A stretch of DNA of 64,000 bases from NCBI GenBank assembly GCA_035221665.1, contig CM069159.1, forward strand, positions 17,484,001 through 17,548,000, read 5' to 3'. Below the pieces are notes generated by a model. That model was not told where the DNA came from. It did not search any database and was given only the letters and a program-made list of their open reading frames with translations. This stretch comes from Okamejei kenojei. Its lineage: Eukaryota. This document shows, in pieces, positions 36,250 to 49,570 of the stretch (positions are counted from its first letter, which is position 1; every line of letters starts with the position of its first letter). Both the position numbers and the translations under genes were made by a program.

Positions 36250-36866
36250 GTGCTTTCATAGGTCAGGGCATTAAACATAAGAGTCAGGAAGTCATGATGC
36301 AGCTTGAAAGGACTTTGGTTAGGCTACATTTGGAGTATTGTGTGTAGTTCCAGTCATCCCATTACTTGAAGGATGTGGTGACTTTGGAAAGGGTGCAGAA
36401 GAGGTTTACCAGAACGATGGCTGGATTAGCAGGTATTAGCTACAGGGGGTGGTTGGACAGACTTGGATTGTATTATCTGGAATGCTAAGGGTTAAGGGAG
36501 GACCTGATAGAAATGTATACAATGATGAGGCATAGATAGAGTAGATGGTTAGAATCGTGTTCCCAGGATCCAAAAATCAAATACAAAAAGGCAAAGCTTT
36601 AAGGTGAGAGGGGCAATGTTTACAGGAGGAGTGCGGGGCAAGATTTTTACACAGATGGCAGTGAGTGTGTGGACTGCACTGCCAGGGGAGGTAGTTGAAG
36701 CAGATATGTTAGTGGCATTTAAAATATTTTAGATAGACAAGTGGATATGTTGGGAATGGGGGGATAGGGATTATATGCAGGTAAATGTGATGGTCTTGGC
36801 ACCCTGTTCAGTATGGACATTGTGGGCTGAAGGACCTGTTCTTTGATCTGCACTGTTCTATGTTCT
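36250..36866 (+). mobile_element. Older CR1-type LINE 3' fragment
   Basis: GTTAGGCTACATTTGGAGTATTGTGTG (RxHLEYC) and GGGTGCAGAAGAGGTTTACCAG (VQKRFTR); tail GGGCTGAAGGACCTGTT. Confidence 0.85.
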
Positions 36867-37849
36867 TTAAATAATCAGAAACAGGCTGTGCATGGATAGG
36901 GAACTACAAGGCTGGAGACCTATGGGGAAATGGTCTCCAGAATAAATAAGGCCAGTGACTCTCTGATGTTCACTAAAGGTATTATGATCTAGTGGCATGC
37001 ATAAAAATGTGCCAGAGAGCCTTTATGTAGTTGAGGTTTATGTGACTACAGATTTATTTCTCTATTCTGAAATGCAATTTGACTTTCTGAATAATCCAAG
37101 CATTTTCTGTTTTTACGCTGGATTTCAAGCTCTATTTTTTTCTGCTTTTCATAGTCTTTTCTGCAGCGGAGTTTTAAATTGCATCACTCTTTTACTCTAA
37201 ACATCTGCTTCCTTTGATTGTGCCATACAAGCGAGACATTTCAAACTTAATAGAAAAAAAGCAACGTGCAGTAATAATAAAACATAATTTTTAGGATTCT
37301 GGAAGTTTGAATAGCTGGGACAGGTGCAAAGGAATGATCAGTTCCCCTCTGCACCCAGACCTGTGCTCAAGACACTTTGAACAATTAGTTGACAAAGGTA
37401 TGAGAGAAGTGAAGGTTTATTTGTGATACCATGGGCAAAATGTATCAAAGGATAAAAGTTGTTGCTGCTCCAACAAATTATTTGATCAGGATTTTGTTTT
37501 ATTTGTTCGACACAAGAGATCATAGATGCTGGAATCTGGAATAAAAATAACTAAATCGATGGAGAAGCTCAGCAGGTTGAGCAGCATCAATCGGGGGGGG
37601 GGGGGGGGGGGGATGAGGCAATAAAATGTTAACAAGTAGAGTTTGATGTATACACAAGTATGGTCGGGTGCAGGAATAAAATCTTGCATGTAACAACATC
37701 ACAGGGCACATGGACTCACAAAACTATACATAAACGATACATTATATTTCTGAAAGAAAGAAGATTGTGCAAAAAACATAATTAGAATAATGTCACGGTA
37801 GTGCAGGGTAATTCCATTGGCGGGTTACGATCTTATCGAATCATATCGA

Positions 37850-38235
37850 AACATAAAATTCTTAAGGGATTGGACAGGCTAGATGCAGAAAAAATGTTCC
37901 CCATGTTGGGGGAGTCCAGAACCAGGGGTCTGTTATCAGTTAAGACCAGTTACCAGTTTACCTGTTACCTTTATACCGGTTTAAGTACTGAGATGAGGAA
38001 AATCTTTTTCACCCAGAGAGTTGTGAATCTGTGGAATTCTCTGCCACAGAAGTCAGTGGAGGCCAATTTACTGGATGTTTCCAAGAGAGAGAGTTAGATA
38101 TTGCTCTTCGAGCTCACTGAATCAAGGGATATGGGGGAAAAGTAGAAACGGGGTGTTGATTTTGGATGATAGGCCATGAACATATTGAATGGCGGTGCAG
38201 GCCCGAAGCCCCCAATGGCCTACTCCAGCACCTAG
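37850..38235 (+). mobile_element. CR1/HER1-type 3' end with an internal replacement
   Basis: KILKGLDRLDAEKMFPMLGESRTRG...FFTQRVVNLWNSLPQK. Confidence 0.9.
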
Positions 38236-41200
38236 GATAGGGTTGTGCTGGTTGGTTCAATAACCCCTTACTTGAAGGAAAATAGCCATCCTTTTTCCTG
38301 CGAGATACTGCCTGACCTGCTGACCAGCACCTTGTGTCTATCCTTGGAGAACAAATCTCTGATTCCATACAAAAGAGATTTCTGCCGATACTTTCATCTT
38401 CTGGTCATGAAATCTGGACCATGACTGGAACGTTTGAAGGAGTTTTGATAGAGGAAAGACTGCACGGAGTATGTTGGGGTAAAGCTGGACTTGAGGTAGA
38501 TGTTTCAAAATTATCTGCTTCAGCTCTTGCAGAAGACATGATTATGCAGAATGTCTTGGGCTATTTTTTATGTCTGGAGTCAAATGCAACATCACAGACA
38601 ATTATGCAAATCACAGAGCTATGGCACAGCTCTAGTTAATTGCATCTTTTACAAGGTCCTTGTAATCCTTCGGCATTTCCATAGGAAATGGAAAGGGAGG
38701 CCGTGAGTGATTGAGTGTCTTCTGGGACTTCAAGTAGTCTTCATTGCTTTCTCCAGTTGCCATTGTGTGACTAGTATCAATCTCCCAGAAAACATTAATG
38801 AAAGAACTGTGCAGCATTAATGTATTTTTCTGAATAAAGTTTCACTCAATTACAAATAAAGGTGAATTGAATTGCCAGAAACATAAATCTTACAATTGAT
38901 TTATAATCCTGGATCTTTGCAAAAAAAAAAAAAAAGAAATTACTTATTTGTACTTGCTGATATTGTGTTGGAAGGAGAAGTAAATTGGGTTAAAATTATG
39001 GTTTACTGTTAGCAGCAAAGAAATAAACACAGTATAAGTTGTTAAGAAATATTTAATGCTTCAAGGAATAACTTGTCAAGAACAGACAAAGTATGTGGGA
39101 GGATCTTTGGATGAAGAATGGGTTTAATCGGTGACAAAATCTGCCCTGAGAGTGGAATCCAAGATTGCAATTCAGATGGCATTTCAGATGATGCCACAAG
39201 ATTTATGAATGCAGACAGAGCCTTGAGTCTAGATTAAATGGTAAACTTACTCTGGGCTCTTTGCTGAACACACTAACATGACATCAGTGAGAAGGGCCTG
39301 TGGCTCAATTATGACATTTGCCTTGAAATTGTATTCTGCCTTTCGGCAGGTATAGCATCATTGGTTGTCCGCCCACTCGTTACTCATTACTCGTCTTTAA
39401 CTCTCTGACAAATATTTTCAAAATTCTGAATGTTTCCTTATCAGCAGGAGGTTCTCCCTTTCATTTTTTTTTTTAAAACTTTTGTTTTTGCAAACTTTCC
39501 TTTGACTTTATTGCATGTATGTGCTTATAAAAAGTAAAACTTTGGCAACACATGAAAGAAAAAGAATTATGCAAAAACGAAATTCATGATTTTTACTGTG
39601 GTTTTAAAATCCCTATCTGTTGCAGTGGAATCTTGTGTTTGGCTTTGTGGGAATATGTTCAGTGCTTTGTGTACATCCTCCCGTCTGCACCACAGTAAGC
39701 CAAATGAAAGCCTCCGAGCTCAAAGGCAATGAGAAAATAACTTTAGATCTGCCTGTAATCTAATTAGCCACTTCATGCTGTTAAGTGTCGCCCCAAAGGA
39801 TATTTTCTGAGCTGTACCACAAACCAGTTTTTATGCTGAACCAATTTATAAGAACTATGAGCAGAGTTTTCATTTGACAATCTTTGCTTGTTGACCACAA
39901 GCTGTGAAAATGCACAGCTGCGAATTGTAGGCTATTGGTCTGCACTCTAATATCATGTGCAATAAAATCTTTGCTTTCACTCTTGCATAATAATGCAGTC
40001 TTTAATGAGTCTTTCTGCTCTGCCTCCAGTTATGAAAATCCCTCACTCGTCAAGTACATCACAACACTCTCTACTACCTGACTCTCATTTAGAGTCTCCC
40101 CATGATGGACTAGGAGTACACAGTTCCTCATCTCTTTCTGCGTACAGTAACTCCTTTCTGCATGAAGTGGTGAAGATAAATTAGATCTGTTTCTATTAGT
40201 GCTTCAACAAGAACACTTTCACAGTGAATTCATATCCAATTAAAGGGGCATCCATAATTTGCATGATATTCCTTACGTACTATATGCACTGAACATTAAC
40301 CCCCCCCTTCAGCCTTTTTCCTTTGACACGTGTGAAAATTATAATGGAACTCCAATTGTGGTCTCCAATTGTGATCTAGCATTTTTAAAATGAACCTTAA
40401 ATGTTTCATTTGTTCTCCAAAAATTGTGAAAGTTGACAATGCCAGTGTTTATTGCTCATTGCTGTTTCCTTCAACAAGGTTGTAAGAGTTGCACTTGCTG
40501 AGTTATTGCTGCCCTTGCGGTGATAATTCTTGCATTATGATTTTAACTGTTGAATTCTAGGATCATAAGCCAGCAACAGTGAAAGAATGGGGCACCATGT
40601 CCAAGGCAGATTGGTGTATGAATTGAAGATGACCTTATTCCCATTGTATATAGAAAATAGTTCACCAGGTGAAGGAGGAAGCACTTTCAGTATAAATTTG
40701 GTAGGTTGCAACAGGATGTGTTCTGCTACGACATAGCAGGAATGGTTTGATGTAAAATATTGACTCACTCACCAAATACAAATTGAACAATTTATTTTAT
40801 AATTGCAGGTGTTTTTAATGAATGCCTTGCTGCTCATTGTGAATAACTATTATTACATTGCACTTCTGACATGAGCTGCAGTACAGAAGGATCATGAAAG
40901 AGATCCCAGCATCAAAAAATAAATGGGTCATACATATGTAAAGATTCACCATGTGTGGATGGCCGACTTTAAGGACATTTGTGACCCCACGCTGATCATT
41001 GTTCCCCCTTTCACACTGGTTCAGTGTAATCCCATTTTCACATCCACTCCTTAGGCACTGAGTGCAATCTTCTCTTTTCGAATAACATGAGCAACCTTTA
41101 ACCACCTAACAAATTATTTTTATTTTGTCAGAGTATAAAACAAAGCCTTTAAAAGAAGTTTTCCATTGGACTGAAATTAGACTGGACTATTTAAAGCTGC

Positions 41201-41277
41201 TTGTTATTGATGAGTTGAAGGGCGCATGAGGTGTTTCGGATGTAGTTTGTTTAAGGCCTTGAGACCTTCCTGGTATA

Positions 41278-41550
41278 TTTTAGTTTATTGTCATGTGTAC
41301 TGAGGTACAGTGAAAATCTTTTATTGCATGCTAACCAGTCAGTGGAAAGACAATACATGATTAGAATCAAGCCATTTACAATGTATAGATACATGATTGG
41401 GGAATAAAGTTTAATACAAGGTAAAGCCAGTAAAGTCCGATCAAAGATAGTCCGAGGGTCACCAGTGAGGTTTGATAGTAATTCATGGATGGTCTCTCAT
41501 AGGATGATTCAGTTGCCTGATAACAGCTGGGAAGAAACTGTCCCTGGCAA
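41278..41550 (-). mobile_element. Rex1/Babar 3' tail
   Basis: AGTTTATTGTCATGTGTACTGAGGTACAGTGAAAA... is the reverse of the Rex1 tail. Confidence 0.75.
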
Positions 41551-43213
41551 TGGATCAATAGGATGAAGAGTCTCAACCCAAAATGGCTCCAATCCATGTT
41601 CTCCTGAAAATTTATGACTCTAGCACTCTGTATCTTCCAAGATATTTTGTGATCTGTAATGAAGGCGATATAAAAATAGAAATGAACTTCAACATGGGAG
41701 TGAAATACATTATATTTTGCTGTTTGAGGAGAACATATAACATTTTGAAATGTTGAAGCAAATAGTTTAAGAGCTCAAATTACCAAATCATTACAATATA
41801 ATGCAGGGATGGCTTGATATATGGATCATGCTGTGGAGGAGGTGGTGGAAACAGATGCGATTACTATGTTTAAGAGGAGTTAAGACAGACACTTAAAAAA
41901 GGCAAGACAAAAAAGGGGATGGTCCTGATGCAGGCAAATGGGATTAGTGTCAGTGGACAATAATATCAGAATGGAGGTTGCGATTTGCTGGGACATTTCT
42001 GTGCTTCATGTCTGTATGACTCTGTACAAACAAGGCAACACAACACAAAGAGAATGCAGACTTTTATTTTTTATTTTTTTTATTTATTTTTATTATTTTA
42101 GGTTTTTTCTTTTTTTTAAATAAAAAAAAAGAAAAAGTGGAAAAAAAAAGAGAGATAAACTAATTGAGTGGAATATTTCTAGACTTTTATTTCTAGAGGG
42201 ACAGAATGAACAAACATAATTGTTATGTTGGATTTGGTCATCGAACCTTCTTGAGTTCATGCATGCTACAGCAGAGCACATCACCAAATGATAGAAGCAG
42301 CAGAGCAGATGTGAGGCTGTGCCAGAACTGTGCCGTTATATCTTTCTGGAAAGAATGGACAGACTGATTCTCTTTTCCCCAGAAAAGAGAAGGCTAATGT
42401 GTCATGTGCATGCGTAATGTGTTGTTAATACTGTCGTATAAAGAGGCTTAAGAGGGTAGAGACAATGGGAAAGTTTATATATGCAGGAGATTAAAAAACC
42501 GAGGAAGCAATAATAAGACAGTTATAACATTCAGGAGGAATATTTTGCCTGGAGAATGTTTAGAATATGGAGTTGGCTGCCTTCTGGAATTGCTTCAATC
42601 CATTCAGCTAAATAAATCCGAAATAAATAGATTGCATAATCTGCTGCTGGGGTTAACTGAATAAAGTTGGGATGAGGCTCTGTGGGTCATAAACATTGGC
42701 AAACAACAGCTGGCTTGTTTATTTGCTGGAAATGATAGTTGGCATTATCGTCAGTCTCACAAACTTAAATAAGCTTTTGACAGGAAAATCCTAACAGGCA
42801 CATGCTTTTTTTATCTTATCATTCTCAATATCTCTGAAAATAAATGTATTTTTCTATCTTATGCTGTAAAAAGGAATATATTTCTTGTCATTTTGCATTA
42901 TCGTTTACAAGTGTTGCAGTCATATATATTTGCACTGCTAGACTGCACAATTGTTTAGAATTGATCACAGTGCCACAGTCCTTTATTTATACAGCATGAA
43001 GTTGCACAAGGGTTTTTAAAATGTCGTTTGAAATCATCCAAGGATATCGAAATGGTATTGAATTACATACCGTAATCATATTAATTCTTAGAAATGTTCT
43101 TCCTACCAACCCAACCATCTGCAAAAGAAATGTCAAATCTCCAAACAAGAAAATGGTGAGCTTCTAAAATGTTCTTGATCTGAATGAATGCTATAATCAA
43201 ACTCCCAGAATGG

Positions 43214-43303
43214 GACACACAAAACGCTAGAGTAACTCAGCGGGACAGACAGCATCTCTGGATAGAAGGAACGGGTGACGTTTCGGGTTGAGACCCTTCT
43301 TCA
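43214..43303 (-). mobile_element. Short Penelope-derived element
   Basis: GAGTAACTCAGCGGGACAGACAGCATCTCTG...GACGTTTCGGGTTGAGACCCTTCTTCA. Confidence 0.8.
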
Positions 43304-44557
43304 ACTACCATTCCTAGAATGATAGCCCTGCAGACAATAGACTAAATGTTCTTCTTTCCTAATAATCAGATTAGATACACCCAAATTACTCATCCCAACT
43401 TTCTTCAGCTAACCTCAGCAGCAGCACCAACATCTATGCCTTAATTTGCTTATTTCAAAGGTACTGTAACTGCACTTCAATATGAAATTCACCCCAAATT
43501 CAAGAAGGCGTTTTTTTTTTAATGTCTCATTAATACAAAGTGACTTTGATAGGAAGAAATAAAGTATTTCCCAAAATACACTGGCCTCTGTTCTCAAGAT
43601 TAATTTTCTACATATTGCATAATAAAGTTTGGAAAGTCATAAAGAAGATTCATACTCAGTTAATCACCACACCAGTAATTAAGCTTTAAAACTTTTAAGT
43701 ATCCTATTCACCTTAATTTGAAATGCATTTTATGGGAAAAGCCATTGAACTACTTGTATGTGACTGGAGGTTATAGAATTTGAGATAGATTTGTCACAGA
43801 AATTACTTGGTTTCTCAGTTGCCCTTCACACTTACTTGTTGAACAGTCAGAACAGGTCAGTACTGAAGTACGTTATGTTGTAATTGAAAAGTAGATAAGC
43901 CTCACAGTAACCCATTTATAAAATTACATTACAGTTTTAAAATTGGCTCTCTCCCGTTTGATTAATTAACTTGTTCAAATTGATGAGGGTAGATTCAATT
44001 TCTCTTTAAAATCCCTTTGAATTTTCTAGTCCCCAAAAAAAGAATTTCAGCAAGATTCACTCTCCAATGTCATAGACATTCTCTCAACATAAATTCTCTT
44101 CTTTATAAAAGCACTGAGATGCATACTTAATGCTCCATAAATCTCATTTTTGCCAGCACTGATTGCAGTTATCTCCAAATAGGAAGTGCTGGCGACAACT
44201 CTTCTTTGATGGGATGTTGGTGACAGAAAAACTAGTTGTCATGTTCTTTTTGGTTTTGTTGGTAGTTCCAACATGTTATTTTAACATGAAATAATCCCAT
44301 TGTGAACCATTTGTCCCCGAAATTTGCCCAATCATCAAAAGACCACCAAATTTAAGCACAAATTGCATCAAAATTCAACCAAATAATATTACTGGTCGCT
44401 TCTTAATCCATGCTTGAAATATGATGACTTCCATTTTCACAACATTGATTGGTCAAACATTCTTGCATTTACATGATACGTGTGAAATCAGGGTAAGTAT
44501 ATTGCATCTGCATCTGATCACATTTTCCCATGGGTCATGTCACCAGACAGCAATATT

Positions 44558-45062
44558 AATGAGGAATACAAGTTGCCAGGATACGAGAGCGTGAGCTTTT
44601 GGGAGAGAGTGAGCAGACTGGGACGCTATTCCTTGGAACGCAGGAGGATGCGGGGGTGATCTTATAGAGAGGCTTACAAAATCATGAGAGGAATACATCG
44701 GGTAGAAGCACTGACTCTCTTGCCCAGACTTGGGGAATTGAGGACCGGAGGTCATAGATTTAAGGTGAGGGGGGGAAAGATTAAATGAGAACCTGATGGG
44801 TAACCTAAAGGTTGGTGGGTGTTTGAAATAAGTTCTAGTGGAGATAGTTGAGGCATGTGTTATTGCAATATTTTAAACACATTTAGACAGGTATATGGAT
44901 ACAACAGGTTTAGAGGGATATGCCTTCATTCCATTTCTGATATCCTAATCTATCAGTAGAAATGATGGCAGCTAGGAATGCCATCTCTTTAATAGAATAA
45001 ATTATATCAGGTTGCTAAACTCCATGCAACTGGTTTGGTGGGACTAGTGTAGATGGGACAAG
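44558..45062 (+). mobile_element. CR1/HER1-type 3' end carrying a 118-bp foreign inverted insert
   Basis: GGAGGATGCGGGGGTGATCTTATAGAG...GACCGGAGGTCATAGATTTAAGG...GGTTTAGAGGGATA[insert]TGGGACTAGTGTAGATGGGAC. Confidence 0.85.
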
Positions 45063-45067
45063 TTGAC

Positions 45068-45592
45068 TTAAAGCATACGGTATTACGGTATTAGGGGTTC
45101 AGTATTGATGTGGATAGAGAACTGGCTGGCAAACAGGAAGCAAAGAGTAGGAGTAAACGGGTCCTTTTCACAATTAACTAGTGGACCGCAGGGCTCAGTG
45201 CTGGGACCCAGCTATTTACAATATATATTAATGATCTGGATGAGGGAATTGAAGGCAATATCTCCAAGTTTGCGGATGACACTAAGCTGGGGGGCAGTGT
45301 TGCTGTGAGGAGGATGCTAGGAGACTGCTCTGGGTGAGCAAATAGATGCAGTATACCTGGTGTCATGTACACCAGTCATTGAAAGTAGGCATGCAGGTCT
45401 TTCATAGCACAGGGCAGGGATTGCACCAGACTGACTTACCCACTTTCTTCACACAGAGAGTGTGAGTCTCTGAACTCTCTGCCACAGAGGGTAGGAAGGG
45501 GATCATATGGAGAGAAGGCAGGTACGGGATACTGAGTTGGATGATCAGCCATATTGAATGGCGGTGCATCGAAGGCTGAATGGCCTGCCTAC
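45068..45592 (+). mobile_element. CR1 RT fragment with many internal deletions
   Basis: WIENWLANRKQRVGVNGSFS...PQGSVLGP...YINDLD...[11 protein letters not shown], followed by short disjoint CR1 pieces leading to the 3' tail. Confidence 0.85.
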
Positions 45593-47689
45593 AGGTAGGA
45601 TATCTACTTGATAGATGGGGTATTGCTCGGTGTCTGTTTCTTACATTGCAGTAGTTTTAACAGTAGCTACAGGAGGTGTCGCAGAGCTCCAAGTTTGTCT
45701 TTTTGTATTGTGAGAGGCGTTAATTACACTGGTCAAAAGTGGAAAGCGGATTCCTGAAGCGGACTGCCAAGAAAGGTTGGCACCACACCGAAGTTGTATC
45801 AGCATGTGCCTGTCCCTGCCTGTTTTATACCATTCAATTCCATCCAATTTTATATTAATGTTCCCTTTAGCGATACACCAGAGGTGGAGCAAGATGAGAA
45901 AAACTTGAATGTGATATATAGTGTCATTAAAAGTAGTTCCATGATGTAAGGCATTGAATTCCAAACCAGTTGCATGGAGTTTAGCTACCTGATATAATTT
46001 ATTCTATTAAAGAGATGGCATTCCTAGCTGCCATCATTTCTACTGATAGATTAGGATATCAGAAATGGAATGAAGGCAGCAAATATGATTTTCAGTCAAG
46101 GCTGTGTGCACTTCTACTGCCGAGTAATGGGTGTCTAAGATTGTGATGAAATTGCTTTCAGACAGGTGGGCTAATTTTAACATGCTCCGTATTAAACTAT
46201 AGTTTTCAGTGAGAATAGAAATGGATGGTTTTCATCCCCTTCCACTTCATCATATAAATGAGTTCTGTATTTGACAGAGTCTTTGTCACTTGATATAAAA
46301 TGAAATTGTAGTCTATATAAAACAAATACGATGTGCCTCAAAGCTGCACGAGATGTGTTTGAGCTAATGGTTTCTGCAGTAAATCCCAGGAGAATAGGAC
46401 ACACGAGAGAGACAGGAAACGACTTGTGGAAGTCTACTGTACTGTGGCATCTTCAAAGTTCGAATGTTGTGCGAAGAGGGAAGTTAGATCAGATAGTTCT
46501 GGAATACAGCTCAGTCTGATGTCACATCAAAAGGGTGTGAAGATGGTTAGCAGTGTGGCTCTGTCCATGAATAACCAGATTTAAATAACATTTAGGACTT
46601 GTGGTGGAACCAACTTCAATGAGCTAAATATTAGGTTATTTGTTATTCATGTCACTGAGCAGGTCATTGTTTATTATTGATCTCTCATTACCACTCAGAA
46701 GGTAATGGTGAAACTTATTCTTGTGGAGAATTTGTTTTTGATTCTCACAAACCAGTTTTCCAAGGGATCCTGCTTGTTATTCAGTCAAAGGCTGCCTTAA
46801 TGCCAAGAACAATCACTCATTGTTTATCTATGGAATTGTGCACTTTTTTCCCCACTCTTTGACCAAGCACTGGTGAAAAGCAGTACTGGTAAAACACCCA
46901 AGCACCAATAAGCAAGGTATTAGTGAGTAAAGGGTGTTCGATTGCTCTGTCAACAAACCTATCCATTATATATTTGATGACTGAGAGCAGGCTGATGGAA
47001 ATTAATAGGCTGAATTGGATTTATGCTGCTTATTATGGACAGGATGTTTGAGGGCAATTTTCTGCATCATCAACTAGATGCCAACATTATGGTTGAACTG
47101 GAAAAGCTTAGCTGGAGACGTGTTTAATTCTGAAGGACATATTAGCCACTGCAATTGAGATATTGTTGCAACTCATAGCCATGCTGCAGCCCTTTCTTAA
47201 CAAATAATGATGTGACTAGAACTTGATGAGACGAGGATTTATGATGGGAAAGGTATCTAGAGCAAAAATCATGAATCTAATCTATGTGAAATAGGTAATA
47301 AATCATGAGTTTTGTTGTTAATGTGGCTGCTGGGTTCTACCATTATTGAGATTGGGAATAATCATTGAGCATTGTTTAATTGTCCACCACCATTCCAACA
47401 GCGTGTGGTAGACTACAGGGCCTTAACATCATCCATTGGCTCTGTTATCACTGAGCGTCAGAGAGTCACACAGCATGGAAAGAGGCTCTGTGGCCCAACT
47501 TGCACATGCCAAACTAGATACCTCCTCTACAGTAGTCCCATCTGCCAACGTTTGACCCATATCCCTCTGAACCTATCCTATCCATTTTTAGCATAATGTA
47601 CTTGTGATGTACTGAGAGATCAGGTCTTTGAAGATGATCTGTGATAAATAATGGGAGACTGCAAAACTGGGCACCATGGTTTATTGTTG

Positions 47690-49050
47690 ATTCAGAACAA
47701 TAAATAGCTGTGCTTACATCACGGGGACAATCATGGAAAACTGAGCCAGATAACTACAGACCAGTGAGCCTTACATCAGCGGTAGAGAAATCATTAGAAA
47801 CAATTCTGACAGAGCCTATCTACACTTTGAAGGGAAGGACGAAGTAGGAATCATCAGCTTGGAAATCTTGTTTCATTAATTAGTTTTTATTTTGAAAATA
47901 GCACAATATTTGTCTGTACAGAGTTTGAATGTTCTCTCTGTGACCAGGTGGGTTTTCTCCAGGTGCTCCAGTTTCTTCCCACACTCCATAGATGTGCATG
48001 TTTATAGGTTAATTGGCTTTTGTGTGTAGGATAGTGCTAGTGTATGGCGTGATCACTGGTCGGCGAGGATTTGGTGGGCCGAAGGGCTGTATCTCCAACG
48101 TCTAAAGTCTAAAATGTATACTACTAAAAAAATATTAAAATATATACTTCTAAAAATAACCAAGAAGACTGATGAGGGCAGGGTGGTGTATATTATTTAT
48201 ATTAATACATTTTAGTAAGACCTTTGATAACATCCCACATGCTGCAAGGTTTAGCGCGCACAGGATCAAAGGCAAGATGGCAATTTGGAACCAAAATTGG
48301 CTTGGTGATAGAAGGCAGATAGTGATGCTGAAAGGATACTTTTTCTGATTGGAAGTCCATGACCAGTGGTGCACTCCAAGAATTGGTGCTTGCAACCCAG
48401 ATGTTTTTGACGTATGTTAGTGATTTGGATATGAACATAGGACAGACAAGGCAAGAAAACAGGGTTTATTTACCTTATGCACTGGATATGAGCAATGAAA
48501 TTAATGCTGCAGCTTTACAGGCACATCAGGGAGGTATGATTAGCAAGTTGGTGGGTGACGCAAGCAAAAGTGAAAAAGTTATTTAAGGCTGCAGTGGGAT
48601 ATACAGTAACGCAGCTGGAGAGTGGAGTAATAGCAGATTACGTTTAATTTCAATAAGTGCAAGGTTATGTATTTTGCGAAGTCACCCGATAAATAGTAGA
48701 TCCCGAAAGAGTGTTGGTGAACAAGAGACCATGGTGTACATGCTTGTAATTCTCTGAAGGTGGCCACACAGGTGGTTAGAATCGGTGAGTATGGCATACT
48801 ATTTTCATTGGTGGGATGGAGAGTATAAGAATTGGGACATTGGGTTAGACCTCTACAAAACATTGGTCAGGCCATACTTGGTGTTTTGAGTGCAACTCTG
48901 GTCACCACATGACAGGAAGAATGTGATTGCATTGGAGATGGTGCAGAGGAGATGCAGCAAGATATCACCAGATTGGAGGGCCGTAGAGGGATTCAGAGAC
49001 ACAGAACACAGAACAGCACAGCATTGAATCAGGCCTATATGGGTTCTGTG
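47690..49050 (+). mobile_element. Decayed CR1 RT region with a nested V-SINE 3' part (~47910-48112)
   Basis: ACTACAGACCAGTGAGCCTTACATC (NYRPVSLTS), TTTAGTAAGACCTTTGATAAC (FSKxFD) and GGTCAGGCCATACTTGG (VRPxLE). Confidence 0.8.
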
Positions 49051-49332
49051 CACGTTGCCTCAGTATGCAACTAATGTTAATGTGGAGAAATGATGAATCA
49101 TCAATGAAGGGAGGATGGTGGTTGTGATTTACAGCAGGCAGCTCTCCCATGTTTCTCCTGAAGTAATTTCTCCTTCCATTGCCTTTCCACCCCAGCTGCC
49201 TCTGACTTATGCATCTGTCTTGCCTCCTCTAACAGTTCTGCTCTGCACTGACTCATAATCAGTGATGGAAGAATCTTGGATGACAACTGAAAGCTAATAT
49301 CACAAGTACCATTTGATCCAAGATATTCATGT

Positions 49333-49570
49333 CTGTGTAAAAAGGAACTGCAGATGCTGGTTTATTCCGAAGATTGACGCAAAGTGTTGGACTAACAGTG
49401 TGTCAGGCAGCATCTCTGTAGAGAAAGGATGGGTGACGTCTCGGGTCAGCACCCTTCTTCCGACTGAAAGTAGAGGAGAGGGAACTGGAGGTAAGAAAAG
49501 GCCAGAACCAAACTGGACCGGTAACAGATGATCAAGGAAGAGTGGAGCCCACAATGGTCCATTGTTGGGA
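49333..49570 (-). mobile_element. Penelope-derived terminal-repeat fragment
   Basis: AAGGAACTGCAGATGCTGG...GGGTGACGTCTCGGGTCAGCACCCTTCTTCCGAC...CCCACAATGGTCCATTGTTGG. Confidence 0.75.

Noticed and set aside
41132-41231. Exon-like segment reading YKTKPLKEVFHWTEIRLDYLKLLVIDELKGA
   Set aside because: It ends in a stop before a weak donor, and I recognise no homology.
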